DNA of 64,000 nt from Phoronis australis (lineage: Eukaryota; Animalia; Phoronida), in assembly GCA_002633005.1 (NCBI GenBank), contig NMRA01000265.1:62001-126000 (forward strand), in the 5' to 3' direction. Position 1 is the first letter of the stretch. Every line of letters begins with the position of its first letter. The position numbers and the translations under genes were made by a program. Positions 52,527 through 64,000 of this stretch are shown here, piece after piece. The notes beneath the pieces are model-generated. The model searched no databases, had not been told where the DNA came from, and saw only the letters and a list, made by a program, of their open reading frames with translations.

Positions 52527-55500
52527 ATCACATTATTTACCACGCAGGAACATGCAAGACTTGACAGATGCACAAGGCAATCCCCAAAACATTAAATGCA
52601 GGCTACAGCCTTGAATCCTCTCTGGCAAATGGGTGGAGTGCAGATGACTAAATCTGGTCACCATTCGCTACCCGGCCTCCATTGGGGTGTTAGCAACAGC
52701 TGACAGCAGGGTGGCATTGGCTACTGAATGGACGGAGAAAACTTTCTCACGTTTTAGCCTGGCCTAAATATAATGACTCAAAGGAATTAGTTTTGTGGCG
52801 ATTGTTAGGTAAATACCGCACACATTGTATGGGTTCCACCAGGCCAGAAAACCTAAACATTCAAATTATGATTAATTGTATGCAATGTCAACAGGGGGCA
52901 CAATGCAAATTGACTGCCAGGGTATATGGCCCCAGTATCAGTTTCCTTGTTTATTGTTGCTAGCTGGCCAGCTCTTTTACAAGACAATAACTAGGCATTG
53001 AAAAAATGAGTTTAATTTGAGTCAACCAAGGGTGCTGAAGTGTGCGAAAAAATGCCAGTCTCCATCTGAATTGTGACACCACAAACAGTGTCGACGACCA
53101 GCCACAACTGCAAATAGCCCCATGGCTCCACAACACACTAAGAGGCTATATAAAGGTGTACTTCTGGCAAACAGTGCAGGCTAGACTGAACAAACTACAG
53201 GACATTCATTGCCATACACTGCTGTAAATCACTAGCTAAGTTTTTGGTGGCTAATTGCAAATTTAATGCAAAACTATCAGCTTCATAAACTAAAACACAC
53301 GTTCGCACCAAAACTGGAGACTTAATTCTGAAGAAGAATATCAGAAATAAAAACTACATTAAAATCTTCACTGAGCAAGAATCAACACTTATTCTCCAAC
53401 GGAGCAGAATCTCAGTCCTCAACACTGCCTTGAAGCTCCAAATCAGCAACTAAGGACCCGTAACTTTTTACGAAGTGACATTTCTGTTTGTGTTCCCCAT
53501 CACAAGCAAGTCAGCATTCACACACTGAGTTCTCACACAAGCAATCAAAATCAGCAAGAAAGAAGAGTGACACTAATGATTACTGAGAGATATGTTCTGC
53601 CAGACAAAAAAATTGAAAACACCACAAAACATTGCAGGAAATGGATCTTTTCATATTGAAACACACATAGACTACTTATTAAGCCATATTTTTAGTTGAA
53701 GCAATAACAGCCAATTTTGTTTTCCTTTGATTGGGTGCTTTTCAGTCTAAGTTCTTAAGGCTGTACAGTTATTGCCTTTATGGATTTGGGGGGAGGGTGA
53801 GGCGGCCCTGCCCTCCTTTCCAGGCAACCCCAAAATGGCCTTGGGGTGTTGCTTTCGCAATGGATACCGTGGTTGGGAGACTCATTTCTTGAGCCATCCT
53901 AGATCTGCGCAAGTGAAGGACACTAAAGCAACATGTAAGATACAAGATAATGAACTAGAGCCACAACCATGCAAGTGCCAAGTGACTGCTTAGGTGATGG
54001 AGATGAGAGGTCCCTACAAATAACAGATGAATGCAGTCTGCAGTGAACGGGCTCCTCAAGTAAAATCTAACTTAGTGACCCCACAGTTGAAATGTGCACT
54101 GCAGTAAGGATCATCACAGATAGCAAAGCACTCTCAGTCCACACTGCAACACAATCTGATATCCTAATTATTATGCAATTCATCATTATTATGCAAACAA
54201 CTTCGTATTACTTTGTATGGCATTTTAAAAGACTACTCAGTCATACAATGTAGTTTTCTACCTCCACAAAAAGAGATTTCAATTCATGATAAGGCTACAC
54301 TATGTGAACAATGTAAAACATTTCAAGACTGTGTTGCAGTTCCAAAAACCAGGTGGGTGCATTCTTTCCAAGCCCAAGTAGTGATCAGTGAGTGACGACA
54401 GCTTCAAGCAGTTGATGACAGCTGTGGAATGACTTATCAGTTCCTCACATACCACAACATGGACCCCATCTCAGGACACTCACCCATCAAAAGAATGGTT
54501 GGGTTGGAAACCTGGTCTGAATTGAAATTACATGACCAAGCATAATAGCTTTCAAAGTCCAAGGTGCCAAACAGCATTCCAAAAACTTCCAGAGACGCTA
54601 GAGTTCAATGTTTACTCTACATCTTGTCAAAAACACAGACAACAACTTCTGCGAAAGTTCACGAAATAGTCGAAATAGTCTTTAACTCCTTTATTTCTAT
54701 TTATAAACTAGAACTTGTCAATATAAGAATGGTGTCAACATAAGAATGGCAGATGTTGAACTGATAATAATGAGCGACTAATCCAAATAATGAACTATTA
54801 TTGGTGACTAATTAAACATCAAAATAGTTTAATGGTTGAAAACGCTAATAGGGAAATAGTTGAGAATGTTCCTAACACAAATGCCTTATGTCTAATCACT
54901 CATTCGTTGTAGCACATGAAATCAATAAAGCTGGTAAAAATGTTGGCCACTTGCCAGCACCAGTTCTGGGACAGGTATGACCTTTAACACAGACACAAGG
55001 TATGTCATAACCCACAGGTGAATAGCCCCCAACAAGTGCAGATGAATAAGCCAGGCAAGGAGGGTATCAAAACACTTGAGTAAGTGGGGTGCCGCGGCAA
55101 AGTTAGAAACCTAATCAATAACTTGAGATTTGAAAGACATCACCTGTCGCTATGAATAATTCAGATTTTTAAATTTAAAACATTTTAATGACTAAAAATT
55201 GTTTTCATCTGCACGCACACATAAAAAGTTTACCAGAACGTGCTTGGGTATCCATGCCCAATTTTTAGCATTAAGCACTTATTTCAATTCCAAAATTACC
55301 AAAACCCGCCTATTTTGATACCAATCTGGCAGTACATCAAACCTATGATAGCAGCACAAGTAGTCACGATAGAGCGGATAACTCCGAAATAGGGAGCTAA
55401 ACAGAGTCATGACAACAGCTGTCAGTCTCAGAGAATACCAAGCTGAAACCTTCAATAGATGCTAGACAACTGATGCATGACAGTTGCATAACTTAACATA

Positions 55501-58106
55501 GGAACTATTCTAGCAACGACTAAACTACAAAAGCAAATTGCTTTTGAATCTAGAAACAAATTTTGGATTTCAAATTACCAAAATGAGTTTATTTAATAAA
55601 AATAATTTCTTAAACAGACAAGTCATTTGTTTTTTAAAATAAGTTTTCATGGATGTGACCGTTTGCATAACAGAGGTCATTTGAATCGTTGAAGCATACA
55701 AACCTGTACCTTTGACCAGGGCATGACTAAAATATGAAGTATATAATCGATTCTAAAAACACACTTAACGCTTACATGTATGACTTTGAGCTATGGGACA
55801 CCATAAATTTTCTCTGCTGCCAAGCGTTTTAAATCTTTTTAAATACGTAACAACACACCTGTAATGAAAGGACTGTGAAATTTTAATTAAATGAGGCGTA
55901 ACAACACAGAGGGCTTGTACATGCACCTGAGCGGATTTCCATTTCACAGGTAATAATACATTTCATAGGTGATAATTTAGGCAAGTACTTTGGCTGTCAT
56001 CTGCATGAGTGAATTACCAATTCTGGTGATGGGCTGTTGAGTGGGGGAAGTGACCATAGTGCATAAAAAGGGGCATGTACTCCACTATATATTTGACGGG
56101 GGGTGGAGGGGAGGGGCGGCCCTGAAAATTCAGACATGCACAAATTTAAAGAGTGAACTCTCGGGAAAGACCCATTTGTAAGAAGCCTAAAAAGTCATCC
56201 TTGCACAGAGTAGGGATTCTCCTACAGTTGTTTCTTAACCCAAAAAGTGCAAGAATACATGCCATGTTTTAAAAATTAAAACATTATTGCAGCCTAAGTT
56301 TGATGTTGGAGATAAGAGTGATTGTTGGACAAACAACTTGCTGTTAGTTAAGACATGCAGAATGATAGAATGATGAAGATTCCTTAGAGTCAGTTTTAAT
56401 TGCAGAGCTCTCCCAACCCAGGTTCTTATTTGGTGCTGATGGGGGTGATCGCTCGGCCATCTAAAGACTCAATGACTTTAAGGTATCTTCATCATACTAT
56501 ATATATTGGAATGTTGGCGTCAACATCTTGTGGAGCCTACAATAAGAATAAACATATGCGAGACATTAGCAACAAGATTTCCTGAGTGCAATACACGCAT
56601 GATGGGCATTTGCACACCTTTTACAACCTGACTATAAGCTGCTATGTATGGTAAAAATTATCCAGTAAAAGTTCTCCAGTTTGGACAGTTTCTTTTTATG
56701 ACACAGAAATTCAAGCTAAAATTGATTTTTGTTCTTCTGAAGACTGGGACATGGGTAATTTTGGCGTTAATCATTGTTCTCTAATGTTAAACACTGCATT
56801 TTGAATCAACAAAGCCCAACGCCGTTAAAAATAGCTGCCAATGCAAAATTGGTCTTTCTCATAATTCTTGAATTTGGGACAGCCAATAATGACTATTTCT
56901 AAAATTTGGTACATTTAGAACCCAAAAAAATTAAAGTTTTCACTGTCACAATCTAAAGAATATTTTCCACAATTTCTTCAGCATTAGCAGTAGCAGTAGC
57001 AGCCAGTACAGTGCTTGTCCAATAACCTATACAACTTGCTGGTGACATACCTGAGAGTTGTGTTGCACAAGCTTGAACTTGTGTCATGAACATAGTCTCT
57101 TTATTGTCTACACCCCTGACAATTTATGGGTTGGTTGAAAAGAACAGTGACACCAGTGAAATGTATGTATGTTTACTGCAAATTCAACCAACCATGCAAA
57201 CTGAAATCTGAACTTTACTTTTCAATGAAAGTTTAGTTGAAAGAAAGTATTGTTGCATTATTAAAATATCAGAAAATCCATGCTTTTCATGCTTCAGTTG
57301 TAGTCTGTGCGATATTTTCTTTCCTAATAAAGACATTATTTGAAATAAATGAGAACTGAGGAATCTCAACGATGACAAAATGTTGTGAGCTTCAAAAACA
57401 TGCACATTTGGGCCTGAGACAGAGTGTCCAAAAGAATCTTACACAGTAAATGAAATGAACATCGGAAAAATCTTGTATAGGCCTGATCCAAATCTCCAAT
57501 TGCTACTACGTACATATGAGAACGATTCAATAACAAACTCATGTTTAATCGAACACGCATATTATAGGAATTACAGAATAATTTGATAGCAACCTTTCAT
57601 TTAAGCAAATCTCATTAAAAATACAACTAGTTTTATCTAGTTTTTCATCTAGTCGCAAATTACTGATAAACACCAGTTTCATAAGAGCACCCGGGAGTCA
57701 ATTAAGATTTCACCATAGAAATTCAATTCAGATTTGCCACATGGTAGTCATGAACATCAATTCCATAATGACGACTTGATGGAGGTAAAGTTAGCTACCA
57801 CCACAACAGATGATGGATAGACTAAGCCCAACTTGGCAGTCAGAAACTAAAGGCAAAAATTTCTAAAGCCATATGTCAAACTAATGGCCTATCTGGTAAC
57901 ATTTGTTGGACATCTGCAGGAACCTCACACCTTGTGGAATGTGCCCTTTACTCAAAACGTTAATTGAAGTAATAATCATGAAGAATCTTCATGTCAAATT
58001 GCTCCAATAAAGCTACATTTCAGCTTGTTTATGTGGTTGAAAACGACAATCGAACTGCTCTTTTAACTCGGATAAAATCATTCTCATACTATACAGGATT
58101 CCATTA

Positions 58107-58390
58107 GTCACAGGCAATGCATACATGCCCAATGTACAAAGTAGCAATTTTAGGACTGGACAACCCTAATGAGCCCTGAAGCATTTTCTTGAGTCGTTTG
58201 ATGGCAAGTCACGAGGAATGAGTATATGCGCCATTTCCAACTTCGCAATTTTAGAATTTGGCTATCCTATAAAACTGTTTTCTTGAGTCAGTGATGGTTT
58301 CCATGTTCTTTCTGGCTATGGAAATGGAATCCTATCACAGTGAGGAATTAATTTGAGACAAGTTTTATCAAGCAGAAGGCCCAATTCGAA
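58107..58390 (+). repeat. Dispersed repeat, copy A, with internally duplicated 5' part
   Basis: agtcacag.caatgcatacatgccc...gcaattttag...ttttcttgagt occurs twice here and again at 63408-63900. Confidence 0.7.
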
Positions 58391-58560
58391 AGAGTAAGTT
58401 TGCGGGACCTCTGAAAATGCCACACTCAGACCCACTTGCAGATGACAAGAAAACAGAAAAGTATACCATACCTACAGCAAGTGAGACATGACTTTGATTA
58501 GACAGACTTCCAGAGGTATTAGTTGAAACTAAACTTGTAGGTAAAACTACACATCATTAC

Positions 58561-58653
58561 CTTGGATGCAGTCCTTCTCACACGACCAGGGACAGGACTG
58601 GCGCGGCTACGCATGAGTTCCTGAATGTAGCTAGCACTCCTTGACTTCTTCAT
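58561..58653 (-). CDS. Candidate alternative first coding exon (MKKSRSASYIQELMRSRASPVPGRVRRTASK)
   Basis: acaATG start, protein-like basic/Ser sequence, AAG|gtaatg donor; phase 0. Confidence 0.55.
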
Positions 58654-60181
58654 TGTCCCCGCAGTGTCAATACTGACAGACAGAAGGTATATCTCCACAC
58701 ATATATTCGGATACTGAGACTTCAGCAGTAGATCTGGTGGCCAAGCCAACTGAACATTACACTGCCATACACCTACCACACTGACCACCCTTAACAGGCT
58801 GAAGATTGTTAGATATGATGAGGATAGTTCATATTTCGGTCTCCTCAGGTTTCCTCCTTGTATTGAATAACATCAGGGCATGCTGAGATTCAGTTTTCAC
58901 ACTGGTTGAGGTTTGCAACAGCTCGAGGTTCAGAACAGCTTCAGGTTTCCACCGACAGCTCACAGGCTAGAAATTTTCCTGAGTGACTTCCAATTACTTA
59001 AGTACTTAAAAGACGTACCCAGCAAATCTCCAAGGTATCAACAAGGCTCTGACAAAATCGTTCTTTCCAATTATAATGTCCTTTATCATCATTAACAAAT
59101 GGCAATCAGTCGTCGAACATAAATCATCTGAGACAGGGGTCTGACAAGTCCCCCAGTTTCCCTGCCAAACCTTGTAACTGAAGAATAGTAACAACTACCA
59201 CAGAGTGGTTTGCTGCGATAACAGCACCTCAGAAATTCAATTCACAAGCTTTCACTGCCTTTGAAAAGTATCGCCTACCAAAATATTGATTGTGTAAGTA
59301 AACACCAATGGAATATCCGTCAAACCATTCATCGCCAGAAACTGCGGGTCAACCAACTGGCCACCAGTTTAATTAGAGCAGAACTTAATTTGCAACTGGT
59401 TACACCTGTATTCAATTGAGAGACTGGCTGCAAGAAGCAACATGCATGGGTGTAAGGGGTACACGACCAGCTCCATGTTTGTATTCTCAGCAAGATGCAG
59501 TGCCCAGTGACTGTGCTCTGGAGCCAACCTACAAATGCCTTACGTAACCTTGGCACACCTTTAAAAGAGCGGCAGGTTGTACAGGTGTTTGTATTCAGAA
59601 GCTGGGTATGTAATATCTGTCTGTTCTTGGCCAGCGCGCAGGCCAGAGGTGCAGTATGAATGGGTCTGGCGGAATGAGCATAACTAAACATATGTCACCA
59701 TAGTAGAGAAGTTATCCACTTGAATTACAAGACATGTTGCATAATGCACAATTTCTATCTGACATGTATCTCAGTGTACAAATCCCTAATTTGACAGTAT
59801 GTAAATATTTTGAAAACCTAGCAGTTAATCACTCTTGGAGTAGCCACAGGCTTGAAACCAGACGACTTTAATGGTTAGTTTAGTATCAAAGGGGCTAAAA
59901 ACCCTTGAACCATGCTTATAACATAATTGTTAAATGATCATTTTGGCAACAATATAGTGAAATAATCATGAATGAGATTCAAACTTCATTTTATATCAGT
60001 CGACTCAGTATAAATATAATAATTGATTTAAAGATCAAAATAATATAATTGGCACAAAAAGACATACCGGTACCCATAATAGGGACACTTCCCCATACTC
60101 ATTGTCTAAATGTGAACAACATTCAATTCAGTTCATGAATTTGTGCTTTCTGCTGGCCCGTCATAAAACCCATGAAGAGGC

Positions 60182-60646
60182 TGGTGCTTTCCCATTCGGG
60201 GAACTTTGGTTTACCGAAGCTTCGCCGAAACATTGCTTACCTTTACAACTTGATAGCGACATCGAAGTTATCGCTAGATCGCGATTCAGTCATTGGAGTA
60301 GAAACTCTCAATTGTTCTCCTACCATTTACGAGTGTTTATGAAAGCAATCAGTGTCACTGTTCATTTACGTGCGTCTATTGAGAAAACGTCGGTTACTGT
60401 ACAACACAGAACACATTTTGCGAGTCTCACGTGATCATATATCGTTGCCGCGACCTCTACCGATAACTTCGACAAAAGTTTGCTTTTAATCTTCCCAATA
60501 CATCGAAGTTTTGGTGTCCGAAGCTTTGCTTTTAAATCCTATTATTTAAGCGAAATTTCGCTTGCAGTTTAATCATGGGAGTAAACCGTTCCCACTTATC
60601 GAAACTTTGGTAAAAGTGAAGTTTCACCTCTAATGGGAAAGCACCA
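60182..60646. mobile_element. PIF/Harbinger-like MITE
   Basis: Perfect 15-bp TIR tggtgctttcccatt / aatgggaaagcacca, with internal cgaagcttcg-type motifs. Confidence 0.7.
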
Positions 60647-61504
60647 TAACATTCAGTTTCAAGGAAATCACTTCTCCTGTCTAGCTGAAGCTGTGCACAG
60701 CGTAACAATGGTTTATGGCTTTCTGATCCTGGATGCACAGTGAACCACAAAAAATGTATTCCAACTTCGCTTCGAAAATTACCAGTAGTGAGTGCCGAGT
60801 GGTTTTTAAGGATTATGCGGACATTTTCCATCGGAAATTGCAGTTGGCATCTTAGATCCAGTAGGCATTAATGAAATATGACTTCAGTAATCAACTGATG
60901 TTTTGATAACGATTTGGATCAACTTACTGCAAGAACTCCAGAATCCTAGAAAATAACAGCACCACATTTCCCCTTAACACAAATAAAACATGTTAGATAA
61001 TAACAACCTTGAATTTCTGTTGTGACTACTGCTGTACCCCAGACTTAAAATCAATTTTCATTGAAAAGAAGGTAAGTTTAATTACCTACAAAAAATTGGT
61101 GGAAAGACATGTGACGGGACGTTCGTAACTTTACGCTTATAGTTATTCTTATTTAGTTGCAAATGTTCAGTTATTCTTATGCTAATGTCTTTGTTGCGTC
61201 TCAGTGCGCCTTTGTTACGTGGGCATGTGGGCGCGACTGTATGTGTCGGGCACTTCGCTAGCGACAGGCTTAGGAGAAGGGTGTTTCCTTCTTTTGCTTT
61301 CATGGAAAGTTGATTGTTATCATGTGCAAATTGAACTGAAACGAATGCCCGATGAGAGAAAATACATATTCTGAGGTTCAGTGGAGACTTGCTCTGTTAC
61401 AGACACATAAAGGGAATTTACAACCCCGAAGCACTCTCTAGTCCTCCTTGAAATCAGCCTGCCTTCTAACTGAGCACTTTTCATTAACTGTCCCAAATTT
61501 CTAA

Positions 61505-62016
61505 AGGCCCTTTCCCATACATTATCTTCGCTACAATCAAAGCTTCAGTTTCAACTGTAGTTAATCCCGAAGTTAAGCGTGAGTGTTCGCATCAACTTCG
61601 GAGTTATAGTTCAGCGATGTTATCGCAAGGCATTGGTAATATGACCATGACCTCTTGCAAATATGAAAGGTGCACTCTCAAATGTTCAGTGATTTTTTAT
61701 TTATTTTTTAAAGAAAGAATCCTTCAAACACGTGGACAAACTGAAACACAATGCTTCTTCCACCAAAATAACTAATACTGGAACAAAATATTAAAATGTT
61801 AACCAGTTACCGCCTGCTGTTGGCGAATGCAGTGACACTTGCCAACAACTCCAAGGGCATCGAAGTAAGGTGTTCTCATTATACTGAAGTGCCAATGCTT
61901 CCCTGTTAAATCCACCGCTTAACTTCGGAGATAACTAGTGCTGATTATGTTAATAAAAGACCAAAGTTAAGTGTTCCCACTGAGTCTGAAGCTTCGGCAG
62001 CAGTGGGAAAGGCCTT
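61505..62016. mobile_element. PIF/Harbinger-like MITE related to 60182-60646
   Basis: taa|aggccctttccca ... tgggaaaggcctt|taa, with TAA TSD and shared gaagcttc/aacttcg motifs. Confidence 0.72.
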
Positions 62017-63407
62017 TAACACAATTCACCAAACAACAAGGAAACTGTTTCAGTCAACCAGGTGACAACCACACTATATTACTTACAAGGTATTTCACAA
62101 GGTTGGTTTTGGCCAAATTAGCAGTAGAAATTGAGAACCATTACTCATACATATCATAGTTGCATAAGTATACTGTCCAAGGTTCCATGGTAAATGAGTC
62201 CATCATCATGGAGGAAATAGAAAACCAATGAAAAGGCAACAAAAGAGCAATTGAAAACAGTCTGACACCAGTAGTAGTAGTTAATACACAAATGATCAAA
62301 ACTATCCCCAAAGGGTGTGAATACAATATGTTGTCAGAGGAGGATCTCAGTTTTCTATAAGGGATTAGTTGTGTATACCAAGCGATGAGCTTCATGTTCA
62401 TTGATAAATCTGTTCCCACACAAACTGCACTTAAGGACGCTCCTATTGGATATTGTGCCAAAAGACGATCAAGACTGACTGGTCAAATACAAGGACCAGG
62501 ACAAAAATCCCAGTTTGTCTCAATGATGAGATGTAATGAACCGTACAGCTGGTTTGATTAGCAGCAGGATAAGGCTGTCCAACCATTAAATGGACTGAAT
62601 TATAGTAAAAGACATCTGATTTGACAGGAGTATCCATGCTTTAAGGTTATTTCTTGGTGATTAACTCACACTAAGCCACTGGTGACAATCGGACAGGTAA
62701 AAATGTATACGCATGACTGAACACCTGTAGCATGAACAAAACTGTCCATCCGAGTTAAAAACATTGCTGATACAAGGCACTGGTTGAGTAGTATATCAAA
62801 TGCAGGTACAAAGGCACACTGTCAATAATAATACAAAACAAAATAGTCATAACGTCTGGCACTGTAACACGTTAATAATATTAATATCAATACCATTAAC
62901 TGTGGGGAAAGGATCAGCATACTCGTAATTTCCCAATTACAAATAAGATGAAAAAACATTCGACAAAAGCACTTACATCACTTATGACATCTGAGATCTG
63001 TTAAAATCTCCTAAATGAAATCATGAGTTCCATTTTGAAATGATATCTAAGCAATTTGTGCCAGGGATGCTCTGACACGTTGCTAAGTTCTCATATTCAA
63101 CCACAACCTGATATATTGCATATATTATTTTAAACATGATACTACTTTACCCNTTCAGGTGGTGCAAGCAGTCATAAAATGTAAATGAGGAGCTCCTAGG
63201 AATTGTTGAGTCCAAGTAATAAGCATAAGTAAACCCTACAAGAAGATTGAAACAGATAATATGAAAATGTTTGCTGAGCAATGTAAAATTAAATGTGCAT
63301 TCCAAAGCTGTTGAGCTGTCAATTTTGACAGCTAAACCGATTTGGGGTTTAAAAACATTACTAAGCTCATCGGATCATGAATTATAGACGAATAAGACAG
63401 CAACTCA

Positions 63408-63900
63408 AGTCACAGGGAATGCATACATGCCCCCGCAATTTTAGATTTGGCCAACTTACGGGAAACTAGGTCGCAAGCTTGTCGCATAGAGACCAGTAGA
63501 TAGGCGTATCCATTGTTTACAATTTTCCTTTCTTATAATATAAATACTGCTAAGCACTTATCAGCAACAGGTTGACGTGCGCCTAAGGTGCGATATCTCT
63601 GCAACCTGCATTGTTATATCCAACGAAGACGCAACACAGGAAAACAATGGTAGTGTCCCATAGGCGATAACCATGCGACGCGCTTGCACCCGTCGCATGG
63701 ATCTCGCAAGCTAAACCATAGCTTGCGACATACATACCATGTCATTTGGCATGGGAACCCGCATAAACTCTGAGGGGTTTTCTTGAGTTACTGAAGGCTT
63801 CGATGCTCTCATTGATAACCAAAATAGACTCCTATCAACTCTATCATGGTAAGCAATATTATGATAGCAATTTTACGAGAGTAAAAAGCCCAGTTCCATT
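63408..63900 (+). repeat. Dispersed repeat, copy B, interrupted by a CpG-rich insertion (about 63460-63760)
   Basis: Homology to 58107-58390 on both sides of an insert containing inverted gtcgcaagct/agcttgcgac. Confidence 0.65.
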
Positions 63901-64000
63901 TTCGTTATAGCAGCGAAACGTAGCTTTAATTTTAGACTGTTTCTCACATGTATATGTTACCTGGACAGTGTAGTATAAGAATTGGCAGCTGTTTTTACAA

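Noticed and set aside
57051-57093. ATG-to-G|gtatgt segment (MFMTQVQACATQLS)
   Set aside because: Phase 1, incompatible with the phase-0 acceptor at 36803. It shows such segments can arise by chance.

Overview
AT-rich animal genomic DNA, probably from an invertebrate bilaterian (inferred from composition, GT-AG introns and MITE load). It is not prokaryotic. The window is dominated by one minus-strand, multi-exon gene of the ARHGAP20/TAGAP RhoGAP family. I reconstructed 15 coding exons by hand (36803 down to 4393). All have canonical AG/GT ends and matching phases, giving 4518 nt or 1505 aa plus stop. Domain order is: C-terminal part of a Dbl-homology (RhoGEF) domain, linker, PH, Ras-association (RA), RhoGAP, then a long disordered tail ending in ESYV. 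A DH segment in front of an ARHGAP20-type PH-RA-GAP is the most unusual feature. Several short ATG-to-donor segments in the introns have the phase needed to act as alternative first exons. They would give isoforms with a truncated DH, no DH, or GAP only. The N-terminal DH exons were not confidently found and may lie beyond 64000. The rest is intron or intergenic DNA with many non-autonomous DNA transposons and short tandem repeats. Most entries in the ORF track are chance ORFs. Family assignments come from recalled motifs, not database searches.
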